Below, one piece after another: positions 19,387 through 29,365 of a stretch of 42,326 bases of DNA. This DNA comes from a bacterium. GTDB taxonomy: Bacteria; Zhuqueibacterota; Zhuqueibacteria; Oceanimicrobiales; Oceanimicrobiaceae. The position numbers and the translations under genes were made by a program. The DNA is taken from positions 1 through 42,326 of the forward strand of contig JBHHXN010000025.1 in the NCBI GenBank assembly GCA_046757025.1, in the 5' to 3' direction. Below the pieces are notes generated by a model. It had not been told where the DNA came from. It did not search any database and worked only from the letters and a program-made list of their open reading frames with translations. The first letter of the stretch is position 1, and every line of letters starts with the position of its first letter.

Positions 19387-19482
19387 GGCCGACGGATCCG
19401 CGGTTAAGAAAAGAATTCCGCATTCGAAATCATAATTTCACAAATTTCTGATGCAGTATTAAGTGGATTAATGTTCACCATT

Positions 19483-19511
19483 AATATAACAAATTTTACA
19501 GCGGTGCGCAA
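19483..19511 (-). promoter_or_regulatory. Putative sigma70 promoter of dnaE
   Basis: Minus strand TTGCGC, 17 bp, TATATT. Confidence 0.5.
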
Positions 19512-19678
19512 GCAAAATTTCATCTAATTTTGTGGGAACCCGGATAATGACAAAGATGAAAGCCTCATGAATATTCTATCCGGCTTTTCTTGTACTGAAA
19601 CGCTTTCCTGTTTTGAAATAAACCACCAACATGATGGAAATTCAGGAGTGATTTTGTGTGCACAAAATTCAGCTTAAA

Positions 19679-19803
19679 TAGTGATTGACCGAAAACGAGC
19701 GTCTTCATGCTGAGCGGAGTCGAAGCATGACTTAAAAACAACAGTTTATCACCCTTCGATTGCGCTTAGGGTGAAGAAATATGGACTTTCCGGTCAATCA
19801 CTA
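19679..19803. mobile_element. MITE/REPIN-like palindromic element, family A, copy 1 (125 bp)
   Basis: TIR TAGTGATTGACCG / CGGTCAATCACTA; two internal inverted REP-like units; near-identical copy at 31586-31733. Confidence 0.85.
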
Positions 19804-20017
19804 AATATTCACAAAAAATAAAAAACCAGGTTATGAAAATGTGAAAAATGTCGAAATAAGATAAGTAAGCAATTATTATTTACCATATCGGAAAAATCGC
19901 AAAAGTCTCAGGATAAGATTACGCCTTCCAGGATTTTTGCACCGCTTCTAAAACATCATCGAGCGGTATTACACTTCAAATTTTTCGTTCCAGAAAGTAA
20001 AAAAGGAGTTGTAGATC

Positions 20018-22150
20018 GTGCTTAAGACAGCCGCCATCATATTCAGTCTGATCGGGATGATCCTGACGGCTTATTTTGAATTGAAACCGGACGCCATCGA
20101 ATATGACGAACACACCGCCGGTTACCAGGTTCGTATTTTGCGCGATATTTGGGGCGTGCCGCACATTTTTGGCGTAACCGACGCCGACGTGGCGTACGGC
20201 CTGGGTTATGCCCACGGCGAGGACGACTTTAAAACCATTCAGCAATCCATGCTGGCCGCCAGAGGTATTTCAGCATCCGTTTATGGCCGCAAAGCCGTGC
20301 CGGGCGATTATTTCGTACCTTTGCTAAAAATTTGGGACATCGTTAATTCAAAATACGAATCGGATTTGAGTGCAGACACCCGGGCCGTTTGCGAAAGCTA
20401 CGCCAGCGGATTAAATTACTATGCCTCGCTACACCCGGATGAAGTGGCCCCGGGACTTTTCCCGTTGACAGGCAAAGATGTGGTGGCGGGATTTGTATTG
20501 AAAACGCCCTTGTTTTTTGGGTTGCATAAACGAATAAAAGAGCTGTTTGAGCCCGAAAGGAAACACGAAATCACCCGGCAACCGCTGGCCCAAAATCCCA
20601 ATTCATTGTTGGACTGGAGCGGTGAGTACGGTTCGAATACCTTCAGCGTGGCGCCCAGTCGTTCCGCCGACAACAAAACCAGGTTGGCTATCAATTCCCA
20701 CCAACCGTGGGATGGGCCCTTCGCCTGGTATGAAGCCCACCTCCACAGCCAAGAAGGTTGGGACATGGTTGGAGGGTTGTTTCCCGGCTCACCCGTGGCA
20801 CTGGTAGGCCATAATCGCCACTTAGGCTGGGGCCACACCGTCAACAAACCCGACCTGGTGGACACCTATATTCTGGATATCAATCCCGAAAATCCGAACC
20901 AGTATTATTTTGATGGCAAATGGCTCGACTTAAAAGTGAGCAAAGCAAAAATAAAAGTGAAAATCCTCGGTCCCATCCATTGGACGGTTGAACAAGAGGT
21001 TTTGAGCTCGGTACACGGCCCGGTAATCCGAAGACCGCACGGAACCTATGCCATTCGGTATGCCGGCTACGGCGACATTCGGCAGGTGGAACAATGGTAC
21101 CGAATGAACAAAGCACGCAATTTTGAGGAATGGCAAGAAGCCATGCGAATTCAGGCCATACCCAAATTCAACTGCGGTTACGCCGATGCCGAGGGCAACA
21201 TCTACTATCTGTACAATGCGCTGCTCCCCAAAAGAGTTGCGGGCTACGACTGGTCAAAATACCTCCCAGGCAACACTTCCGAAACGCTCTGGACCGAGTA
21301 CGTTCCGTTTGATCGTCTGCCCCAGGTAAAAAATCCCTCTTCCGGATTCATTCAGAATTGCAACAGCTCGCCCTTTCAAACGACCACGGGTGCGGACAAT
21401 CTCGATCCCTTAGATTATCAGGATATCATCGGTATTGAAACCCGCATGACCAACCGCGCGCTACGAGCTCTGGAATTGTTGGGGAACGACGAAGCGATTA
21501 CGGAACAAGAATTCATCGATTACAAGTTTGACATGGCCTACTCTTCAAAATCTGACATGGCAAAGTACGTACAGGAAATACTGAGCACGCCGGCGCCAGA
21601 CGATTCCGTGGTGCAGGAAGCGCTGGCAGTGCTGCGTTCGTGGAATTTGACAGCCAGCCCAGAAAACCGCGGCGCGGCCGTGGCGGTCATCTCCATCAAA
21701 TCATTTGTGCAGCAATCCAAACAAAACAAAAAGGTCAATTTGTTTGACATCTTCACCGAAACCGCCCGTGAATTGAAAGAGCGATACGGTAGAATCGATG
21801 TCGCCTGGAAGCAGGTCAACCGGCTCATTCGCGGTAAATTGGATCTCGGTTTGGGCGGCGCGCCGGATGTGCTGCACGCCGTTTATGGCGAAAAAATTGC
21901 TAAAGGAAAGTTGAAAGGCCGAATCGGCGATTCGTATATTTTGTTGGTGACCTGGGACGAAAACGGCCAGGTCAGCTCACGCAGCGTGCATCAATACGGC
22001 AGCGCCACCATCCGTGAGCGTTCAGAACACTACGCGGATCAAGCGTATCTTTTTGCAAAAAGAAAATTGAAACCCGTCTGGCTGGACGAATCGGAAATCC
22101 TCGCAAACATTGAACGTGAATACCGGCCCGGCGAAGAGCTTCAGAGATAG
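20018..22150 (+). CDS. Penicillin acylase family Ntn-hydrolase (peptidase S45)
   Basis: RDIWGVPHI, GLGYAHGED, autoprocessing G|SNTF nucleophile, NSHQPW, HGPV, QNCN. Confidence 0.92.
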   Translation: MLKTAAIIFSLIGMILTAYFELKPDAIEYDEHTAGYQVRILRDIWGVPHIFGVTDADVAYGLGYAHGEDDFKTIQQSMLAARGISASVYGRKAVPGDYFVPLLKIWDIVNSKYESDLSADTRAVCESYASGLNYYASLHPDEVAPGLFPLTGKDVVAGFVLKTPLFFGLHKRIKELFEPERKHEITRQPLAQNPNSLLDWSGEYGSNTFSVAPSRSADNKTRLAINSHQPWDGPFAWYEAHLHSQEGWDMVGGLFPGSPVALVGHNRHLGWGHTVNKPDLVDTYILDINPENPNQYYFDGKWLDLKVSKAKIKVKILGPIHWTVEQEVLSSVHGPVIRRPHGTYAIRYAGYGDIRQVEQWYRMNKARNFEEWQEAMRIQAIPKFNCGYADAEGNIYYLYNALLPKRVAGYDWSKYLPGNTSETLWTEYVPFDRLPQVKNPSSGFIQNCNSSPFQTTTGADNLDPLDYQDIIGIETRMTNRALRALELLGNDEAITEQEFIDYKFDMAYSSKSDMAKYVQEILSTPAPDDSVVQEALAVLRSWNLTASPENRGAAVAVISIKSFVQQSKQNKKVNLFDIFTETARELKERYGRIDVAWKQVNRLIRGKLDLGLGGAPDVLHAVYGEKIAKGKLKGRIGDSYILLVTWDENGQVSSRSVHQYGSATIRERSEHYADQAYLFAKRKLKPVWLDESEILANIEREYRPGEELQR

Positions 22151-22269
22151 CTCAATTTAGCCGGCGACGTGAGAATTTCCATCCTCGCGGAAAGAATTCG
22201 CTGCAAAACGCTCTCTCAGAAGAGACCCAATCACTCTTTACAGTTTAACTGACCAACCCGTCCTTGATG

Positions 22270-22794
22270 TTATTCTGGAGGATATTTTTCAAGAACCTTT
22301 TGAATGGCCTCGTTGATTTTTTCTTCTGAAGCGTCCATCCTCTTGATGACTCCCACGGCAGCTCCGCGCCAGATGAGCTGTTTCATTTCCGGGTCCACGA
22401 TATCCAAAACAATGGTGCCCTCTTTATAACGGTGCACATGCACAGAGCGTCCGCGATAACCCCAGCGGCCGTAGCCATAACCCGTGGTGTTTACATCCAC
22501 TTTGTGCTGCACACCGATATGGTAGGCCAGCACCGCATCGGTTTTGCCGCTTTCTTTTACCACAAATCCGTGCGCTTCTAATTCTCGCTCCACCGCCCTG
22601 CGAATTCTCCGGTCCAGAAGCGAACCTTTGGGAACGGATTTTCTGTCGCGTTTTTTGGGATTCGGCATCCATTTAAAGGTTTTGTATTTAGTGAAATTGA
22701 CTTCCCGATCATAATCCGTGCGGACGGATACAGGGGAGCAGCTCATCAAACTGAAAAGAAAACTAAAACACAGAAACATTTGAATTGATTTCAT
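22270..22794 (-). CDS. DUF4136-like lipoprotein
   Basis: Lipobox LMSC; DYD...F.KYKTF.W; YKEGTIVLDIVD...LIWRG; YPP end. Start at 22794 has a GGAGG RBS. Confidence 0.85.
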   Translation of the reverse strand: MKSIQMFLCFSFLFSLMSCSPVSVRTDYDREVNFTKYKTFKWMPNPKKRDRKSVPKGSLLDRRIRRAVERELEAHGFVVKESGKTDAVLAYHIGVQHKVDVNTTGYGYGRWGYRGRSVHVHRYKEGTIVLDIVDPEMKQLIWRGAAVGVIKRMDASEEKINEAIQKVLEKYPPE

Positions 22795-22892
22795 GGTTTT
22801 ACCTCCCTGAGGATGGTCATTTAGATCGATGTTTTTACAATCATTGAATTTGAAATAATTCGGTCTTTGACATTCCAGAAAGATAGGCAAAC

Positions 22893-22921
22893 AATATACC
22901 AAAAGTCACGACTACAGTCAA
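22893..22921 (-). promoter_or_regulatory. Sigma70 promoter of the DUF4136-like gene
   Basis: Minus strand TTGACT, 17 bp, TATATT; overlaps the longer ORF-track start, which supports the 22794 start. Confidence 0.6.
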
Positions 22922-23008
22922 TGGACTTTTGTCCAATCCTCTCGGCTAATTTGATAAGCACTTCTGTCAATGTTGTTAACAGGAAATATGTAGAGAGCGA
23001 TCCACTCT

Positions 23009-24139
23009 TTAACTGACGCGTTTTTGAAATTTCAAGGAGCTCAAACCCAATATCACAATTCCGAAGCCGATCAAACTGAAAATTTCATTTCGCAAAAACG
23101 GGGCCGAGCTGCCTTTCAAAAAGATCTCCCGCAAGATGATGATAAAATAACGCATGGGATCCAGATACGTAAGCTTCTGCACCAGAGGCGGCATATTTTC
23201 GATGGGGAAAAAGAAGCCAGACATAAAGATCATGAAAATCATAAAAAACCAGGAAATAAACATGGCCTGCTGCTGAGTTTGCGCCAGGGTCGAAATGAAA
23301 ATGCCCAGCCCCAGGGTGGACAGAAAATAAATGGCCGCCAGTGCAAACAAAAGTGAGATGCTGCCGGCTACTGTCAATTGAAACACCACAAACGCAACAA
23401 TCAACATCAGGGCCAGCTCGAAAAACGCCAGAATGAGAAACGGCAACACTTTTCCCAGAATCAGTTGCCAGGTTTTGATGGGCGTGACCATGAGCTGCTC
23501 CAGGGTTCCGAGCTCTTTTTCGCGTACCAGCCCCATGGACGACAGAAACATGCTGATCAACGTTAAAAGCACGGCGATCAGGCCCGGCACCATGTAATTT
23601 TTGCTATCCAAATCCAAATTGTACCACATGCGCGTTTCCGGCTCAATCACAGATGTGTTTTGGAAACGACCCGACTTAAGCCGTCCTGTGCTGACTACCT
23701 CAATCATCAGATCGGATAGAATCCCCTGGGCGTAACCCAGGGCGATGCCGGCGGTGTTGCCATCCAGCCCATCCACCAGGATTTGAATTTCCGGCTTAAG
23801 GCCGCGTTCTAAATCGCGGGTAAAATTTTGAGGAATGACGATGGCCATCTGCGCGTGCCAGCCATCGATTTGTCGGCGAACATCGGCCGCTCCCTCGACG
23901 TGGCCGATAACCTGAAAATAGGGATTGTATTGAAATTTTCGAATAATTTTCCGGCTCACGGCTGCGCGATCGTAATCCACAAAAATGGTTGACACGTTTT
24001 TCACATCTACCGTAATAGCAAAGCCCAGTACCACTAACTGCACCAGCGGCGCAAAAAACAGAATTGCGATCATAGCCCGGTCGCGAAAAATCTGTCGAAA
24101 TTCTTTTTGAATTAAATACAATATCTGCTGCATAATCAA
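23009..24139 (-). CDS. ABC-2 transporter permease (YbhR-like)
   Basis: KEFRQIFRD, WYN...YMVPG, REKELGTLEQLMVTP; multiple TM helices. Confidence 0.92.
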   Translation of the reverse strand: MIMQQILYLIQKEFRQIFRDRAMIAILFFAPLVQLVVLGFAITVDVKNVSTIFVDYDRAAVSRKIIRKFQYNPYFQVIGHVEGAADVRRQIDGWHAQMAIVIPQNFTRDLERGLKPEIQILVDGLDGNTAGIALGYAQGILSDLMIEVVSTGRLKSGRFQNTSVIEPETRMWYNLDLDSKNYMVPGLIAVLLTLISMFLSSMGLVREKELGTLEQLMVTPIKTWQLILGKVLPFLILAFFELALMLIVAFVVFQLTVAGSISLLFALAAIYFLSTLGLGIFISTLAQTQQQAMFISWFFMIFMIFMSGFFFPIENMPPLVQKLTYLDPMRYFIIILREIFLKGSSAPFLRNEIFSLIGFGIVILGLSSLKFQKRVS

Positions 24140-25248
24140 GTTTCAATGGTGGTTTTGAATTTTTTTACGCTGATCATTAACAACACAATACCCAAAGCCG
24201 CCAAAACCAAAATTTCGGAGATCAACTGCATAAAATGGTTGCCTTTGAGTAAAATTCCGCGTATCACCACCATAAAATAGCGGGCGGGTACGAGGTAAGA
24301 AAGCAACTGCAGCGGTTTGGGTAAACTGGCTATGGGAAAGATGAAACCACTGAGCATGACCGTGGGCAAAAGAGTCGCAACCAGTGCCACCATCATGGCG
24401 ACTTGCTGAGTTTGCGCTTTCGTTGAAATCAGCAAGCCCAGACTAAGAGCCACAATAATAAAAATCAGCGACGAACCGAGCAGCATCCCCATGCTGCCCA
24501 CAAACGGGACATCAAATACAAAATGCGCGATCAGCAAAATGATGATGAGATCCGCAAACGCTAAAAAAATGTACGGCACCACCTTTCCCACAATAATTTC
24601 CAGTGGTCGAATGGGTGAAACCAGAATCTGCTCCAGGGTGCCGGTTTCTTTTTCTCTGACAATGGCAATGCTGGTCAGCAATGCGGAGATCATGATCAAA
24701 ATCAATACAGCCAGACCCGGTACAAAAAAATAGGCGCTTTTTAAAGAGGGATTGTACCAGATAGCGGTCTCAATTTCGAAGGCGGGTGCGATGCCGTGCT
24801 CCAAACTGAAACCGCGAATCACGGCGTCTGCGTAATTCCGGATGGCCTGAGAAGCATTGGGGTCGCTGGCATCGATGAGTACCTGCACTGCCGTTCGCGG
24901 TTGGCGGAGGAGGTTTTTGGCAAAATCGAGCGGTACGATCAAAATCATTCGGGCTGTGCGTTCCTCGAAAAATGTTTCCAATTGCGATTCCTCACCGTCA
25001 AAATACTGAACGGTAAAAAATTTACTGCCCTGAAATTTTCGAATCAGCGCCCGACTGTCCGGACTTTGATCCCGGTCCAGCACAATCAGAGCGATGTTTT
25101 GAATTTCCATGTTCAAAGCAAAGCCGTACAAAAACAACATGGCGATGGGCATGACGATGACGATGACCAGGGTGCGAAAATCACGCGAAATGTGGATGAA
25201 TTCTTTTTTGAGTATGGAAAAGATACGGGTTCTCACGATGGTTTCCAC
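24136..25248 (-). CDS. ABC-2 transporter permease (YbhS-like)
   Basis: KKEFIHISRD, WYNP, REKETGTLEQILVSP. Confidence 0.92.
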   Translation of the reverse strand: METIVRTRIFSILKKEFIHISRDFRTLVIVIVMPIAMLFLYGFALNMEIQNIALIVLDRDQSPDSRALIRKFQGSKFFTVQYFDGEESQLETFFEERTARMILIVPLDFAKNLLRQPRTAVQVLIDASDPNASQAIRNYADAVIRGFSLEHGIAPAFEIETAIWYNPSLKSAYFFVPGLAVLILIMISALLTSIAIVREKETGTLEQILVSPIRPLEIIVGKVVPYIFLAFADLIIILLIAHFVFDVPFVGSMGMLLGSSLIFIIVALSLGLLISTKAQTQQVAMMVALVATLLPTVMLSGFIFPIASLPKPLQLLSYLVPARYFMVVIRGILLKGNHFMQLISEILVLAALGIVLLMISVKKFKTTIET

Positions 25249-25304
25249 TTCATAGTATCATTTTTCATAATATGAAAATGGTTTCCTTGTTTTTGCAATT
25301 CGCC

Positions 25305-25365
25305 GTTGGCTGTTAGCTGTTGGAAATGCAACTAATCGCTAAAAGCGAAAAGCCAACAACTGATA
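25305..25365. repeat. Degenerate heptamer repeats in the intergenic spacer
   Basis: GTTGGCT GTTAGCT GTTGG, followed by oppositely oriented GCTAAAA GCGAAAA GCCAACA ACTGATA. Confidence 0.45.
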
Positions 25366-25387
25366 AGTGACCTTTCTCACAGAATCA

Positions 25388-26113
25388 TCATCTATCCACC
25401 AGATGAATAAACACTTCTTGCATGGTCTGTTTTTGGTATTTGGATTTTAAAGCCTGCGGTGTGTCCAGTGCAGTAATTTCACCCTCGTACATAATGGACA
25501 CACGGTGGCAGTATTCGGCTTCATCCATATAATGTGTAGTCACGAAAATAGTCTTCCCCGTGTCGGCCAGGCGGTAGATCAAATCCCAAAAATTTCTTCG
25601 AGCTTCGGGATCGACGCCGCCGGTGGGCTCGTCCAGAAAGATGATCTCGGGGTCGTGCAGCAAAGCACACCCCAGGGCCAGACGTTGTTTGTAGCCCAAA
25701 GGCATGGCCCGGGTCAAACGGTCGGCCTGTTCGGTTAATTCCAGCTCCGACAGCAATTGCCGGCGTCGGGTGTTCAAAGCGGGGCGATTTAAACCGTAAA
25801 CTCCGCCATAAAACTCTATATTCTGCGACAGGGTTAAATCGTTGTAGAGAGAAAATTTCTGGCTCATGTAACCGATCACCCGCTTGATCTTTTCGTTTTC
25901 TTTCCAGATATCAAATCCCGCAACTGTGCCGCCGCCTGCACTGGGCAGCAACAGCCCGCACAACATGCGGATGGCGGTGGTCTTGCCGGCGCCGTTGGCT
26001 CCTAAGAATCCAAAAATCTCACCCCGTCTCACCGCCAGATTCAAATTCTTGACCGCCTGAAACGCCCCAAAACGCTTCTCCAACTTTTCCGTTTGTACGG
26101 CCAAATTGCTCAA
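25388..26113 (-). CDS. ABC transporter ATP-binding protein
   Basis: Walker A GANGAGKT, Walker B FLDEPT, TTHYM. Confidence 0.95.
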   Translation of the reverse strand: MSNLAVQTEKLEKRFGAFQAVKNLNLAVRRGEIFGFLGANGAGKTTAIRMLCGLLLPSAGGGTVAGFDIWKENEKIKRVIGYMSQKFSLYNDLTLSQNIEFYGGVYGLNRPALNTRRRQLLSELELTEQADRLTRAMPLGYKQRLALGCALLHDPEIIFLDEPTGGVDPEARRNFWDLIYRLADTGKTIFVTTHYMDEAEYCHRVSIMYEGEITALDTPQALKSKYQKQTMQEVFIHLVDR

Positions 26114-27108
26114 AGCCCCTTCTCCTGATTTTTCATCAGCTCCAGGAAAGTGTCCTCGATGCTGGGTGAAATGGATTTGAAACCGGTTAGGACGGCCGGT
26201 GCTTTCCGTTTGATATCTGACAACTGCTGCTCCGTCAACGGCTGCTCAAAACTCACGTGCAGTCGCTCCCCAAAAATCTGCGCCGATCTCGCCGGAGTTT
26301 GATGCTGAAAATAATCCACCACTTTACGAAGCTCCGAACAGTGCACTTCGTACAACACAAACGGAAAATACCGATGCAAATTCTCTGGCTGGTCCAAAGC
26401 CAGCAACCGGCCGGCGTGTATGAAGGCCACGCGGTCGCACAAACTGGCTTCATCCATGTAGGGCGTGGAGACCAGTATGGTCACGCCCTCTGCCCGCAGG
26501 CGCTGTAAAATTTCCCAGAATTCCCGCCGGGAAACCGGATCTACGCCAGTGGTGGGCTCGTCTAAAATCAGCACGGCTGGGGTGTGGATGAGCGTACAGG
26601 AGAGGGCCAGTTTTTGTTTCATGCCGCCAGAAAGGGCGCCTGTTAATCGGTTTTTAAACGGCTCCAGCCGGCTGAATTGATAAAGTCTTTGCAGCTGATG
26701 ATTTTTTTCTTTTCCGGGCACGCCAAATAAATCCGCGAAAAAATTCAGGTTTTGCGCCACGGTCAAATCGGGATACAATGAAAATCTTTGCGGCATGTAG
26801 CCCAGCATGGCGCGGATGGCTGAGACTTCTTTACGGACGTCTTTGCCGGCCACAAACATTTCGCCCTGCTCACAAGGCAGCAAGGTGCACAGGGTACGCA
26901 TAGTGGTGGTCTTGCCGGCGCCATCCGGCCCGATCAGCCCGAACAACTCTCCGGATTCAATGGTCAGGGTGAGATTCTGTACTGCTCGAACCTCATCGAA
27001 GCTTTTGCTGAAATTTTGGATTTGTATGCTGCCTGCCATGAGTTTGCGATTTTTAACTGTGCTAAACCTTCCAGGTCTTTGAGACTCGGAAGATTTATCT
27101 GATTTCAT
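26110..27108 (-). CDS. ABC transporter ATP-binding protein
   Basis: GPDGAGKT, LSGGMKQK, ILDEPT; the true start may be the downstream MAGSIQ. Confidence 0.93.
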   Translation of the reverse strand: MKSDKSSESQRPGRFSTVKNRKLMAGSIQIQNFSKSFDEVRAVQNLTLTIESGELFGLIGPDGAGKTTTMRTLCTLLPCEQGEMFVAGKDVRKEVSAIRAMLGYMPQRFSLYPDLTVAQNLNFFADLFGVPGKEKNHQLQRLYQFSRLEPFKNRLTGALSGGMKQKLALSCTLIHTPAVLILDEPTTGVDPVSRREFWEILQRLRAEGVTILVSTPYMDEASLCDRVAFIHAGRLLALDQPENLHRYFPFVLYEVHCSELRKVVDYFQHQTPARSAQIFGERLHVSFEQPLTEQQLSDIKRKAPAVLTGFKSISPSIEDTFLELMKNQEKGL

Positions 27109-27988
27109 AGTTCAACGCGATTTCCACGGGCATGCCGTGCTTCAGAATTTTATCTGGATTGTCAACTTCAACTTTCACGGCGTACACCAGGGACGTGCGG
27201 TTTTCTTCGGTCAGGATATTTTTCGGTGTGAACTCCGCTTTGGCGCTGATCCAGACCACCTGTCCCGAAAACGTCTCATCGCTGCCGTCCACTTTGATGG
27301 TTGCGCTCTGCCCGACTTTTATCCTCGAGAGCTGTTTCTCCGAAATATAAACTTTCGTCCACATTTGGTTTAAATCGATCAGCTCCACCACCGGCGCCCC
27401 CGGTGGTACGGTCTCACCGGCCTGATAGAATTGCGTGGTGACGGTGCCGGCAAACGGTGCGGTCACGGTCGCGTCCTGTATTTGCCTCTGTACGAGTTTT
27501 TTCTGAGCCAGCAAGCCCTTGCGCTTGCTTTCGAGCACCGCCAGATTTTGACGAGCATTTTCCAACTGCGTGCTGGCCTGATCGAAGGCGTTTTTTAAAT
27601 CATCCAGCATCTGTTTCGAGGCCGAGCTCTTTTTGTAAAGATCCTGAAATCGCAGGTATTTGGTTTGGATGTGCTCGTACTCCAATTTCGATTTTTGGAG
27701 AATATTCTGAGCTATGGATTTTTGCACGTTCATCTCCTCGATTCCAGCCTGGATCTGCTCAAGCTGGTACCCCAGTTTTTCCGTGTCGATGACCGCGATT
27801 ACCTGCCCCTCCGCCACCTGCTGACCATCTTCCACCGCCACTCTCAAAATCAAGCCGCCTGTTTGCGCAGACACCTTTACGTCGGTGCCCTCCATGATGC
27901 CGCTGGCGACGAAGCTGTTTTCCGGCTGATTACTGCAACCGGCGAAAATAAAACTTAAAATAAAAAAGGTTGCTTTTAATAACCGCAT
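27095..27988 (-). CDS. HlyD-family periplasmic adaptor lipoprotein (YbhG-like)
   Basis: Lipobox IFAGC; biotinyl-like halves around a coiled coil; AEFTPKNI motif; GGAGG before ATG 27988. Confidence 0.9.
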   Translation of the reverse strand: MRLLKATFFILSFIFAGCSNQPENSFVASGIMEGTDVKVSAQTGGLILRVAVEDGQQVAEGQVIAVIDTEKLGYQLEQIQAGIEEMNVQKSIAQNILQKSKLEYEHIQTKYLRFQDLYKKSSASKQMLDDLKNAFDQASTQLENARQNLAVLESKRKGLLAQKKLVQRQIQDATVTAPFAGTVTTQFYQAGETVPPGAPVVELIDLNQMWTKVYISEKQLSRIKVGQSATIKVDGSDETFSGQVVWISAKAEFTPKNILTEENRTSLVYAVKVEVDNPDKILKHGMPVEIALNYEIR

Positions 27989-27998
27989 ACTTCCTCCT

Positions 27999-29357
27999 TT
28001 ATTTATCGAATTCAACCAACGTTCCCAGCGCATATTTAAGCGAGGCCAAATTCAGATAGTAATTGATCAAAGCCTGCTGCGTTTGCAGCTCGGAACGCGT
28101 TAAGTCCGCTTCGGCGGAAATCAGCTCGTTGGTAGAGGCCACGTCGTTCTGATGCTGCGCCGAAATGATGCGAAAACGCTCTTCTTGCTGGGCTTGCAGT
28201 TCTTCGGCAAGCTGCCATTGCTGGCGGCTGAACTGCAATTTTTCGTAGCTTTCTTCAACCTGCAGGCTGATGCGGTTTTGAAGCTCCCGCTCTTCAAGCT
28301 GCAAACGATTGTGAATCAACTGCGCTTGTTCTACTTTCCTCTGGTCGCCCTGCCAGCGCCACAGATTCCATTGTAAATTGACACCCAGCGAATAATAATT
28401 CATCCAGTCGTTGGTGACGGGATCCAACCCCGGTTTGGCATAGTGCAAATTGACCTGCCCGAAAATGGTTGGGTAGAATGTGGAACGCGCCAGTTTTTTT
28501 TGAATCAGCGCATTCTGTCGGGCCAAACCCAAGGTTTTTAATTCAGCGCGCTTTTCCATGGCTTCCTGTCTGAGCTGCGGCAAGGCCGCCAATTTATCGA
28601 GTGGGCGCTCCAGCTCACTTTCAGCAATTGGCCGCACCGATGGCAAATCAAGTAAATGCGCCATTTGCAAATTGCTGAGTTTCATTTGCAAAGCGTTATT
28701 TTGCTGCTCAATTCCCATGGCCAGAATTTGATTGTACACCTGCAAGGTGTCAAAGGCCATGGCCTGAGCGGCTTCATACAAATTACGGACATTCTCAAGT
28801 TGAACGTTTAGGCGTTTCAAACTGGTTTGCAAAATCTTCTTTTGATTCCACAAATTCTGAGCCTTGTAAAACAGCAAATAGATCTGGTGATAAACCTCAT
28901 TCGTCAGCACTTCGAATTTTGCCTCTTCAGCCAGCAGAGAATTTTCGGCCAGGGCAACCTGCGACTGCAGACGAGATCCCGTAAAAATGGGTTGTCGCAA
29001 GGCCAGTAAAAATTCCGTACGATCATGACCGCCCAGCGCAACCCGCCGACCGGGAATGCCGATGGTCTGGCTCAGGTCGATTTCATTGACCTTCGAAAAA
29101 TAGCTCGAAGATAACGAGACCTCCATTGCCGGCAAGCGATTTGCCTTTTGCACTTTTCTCTCTAACTGCGCCACTGCCTGATCCATTCTTTGCTTTTTTA
29201 TTTGCAAATTATTTTGTCGGGCCAGGTGCAGCGCTTCTTCAAGAGTCAAGCTATCCTGGGCGAACGCCAAACCATCGTGATTTAAATTGATGAATAATAT
29301 GCACAGCAGAATAAAGTTAAACAACCCATTTTTAAATTGCATCAAATCGTTCTCCAA
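27999..29357 (-). CDS. TolC-family outer-membrane efflux protein
   Basis: LTLEEALHLARQNN start, helical repeats, QPIFTG, position in the efflux operon. Confidence 0.9.
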   Translation of the reverse strand: MENDLMQFKNGLFNFILLCILFINLNHDGLAFAQDSLTLEEALHLARQNNLQIKKQRMDQAVAQLERKVQKANRLPAMEVSLSSSYFSKVNEIDLSQTIGIPGRRVALGGHDRTEFLLALRQPIFTGSRLQSQVALAENSLLAEEAKFEVLTNEVYHQIYLLFYKAQNLWNQKKILQTSLKRLNVQLENVRNLYEAAQAMAFDTLQVYNQILAMGIEQQNNALQMKLSNLQMAHLLDLPSVRPIAESELERPLDKLAALPQLRQEAMEKRAELKTLGLARQNALIQKKLARSTFYPTIFGQVNLHYAKPGLDPVTNDWMNYYSLGVNLQWNLWRWQGDQRKVEQAQLIHNRLQLEERELQNRISLQVEESYEKLQFSRQQWQLAEELQAQQEERFRIISAQHQNDVASTNELISAEADLTRSELQTQQALINYYLNLASLKYALGTLVEFDK

Positions 29358-29365
29358 AATTTAAT

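Noticed and set aside
16157..19407. Many 60-260 aa ORFs overlapping dnaE (and similar ones over other genes)
   Set aside because: Antisense or alternate-frame shadows of well-supported genes, with no recognisable motifs.
19651..19668. ATTTTGTG-TG-CACAAAAT inverted repeat
   Set aside because: Could be a regulator site, but it is AT-rich, single and not tied to any predicted promoter; insufficient support.
19679..19803. CRISPR repeat or tRNA/ncRNA
   Set aside because: No regularly spaced repeat-spacer array and no cloverleaf; terminal inverted repeats and a dispersed copy fit a MITE better.
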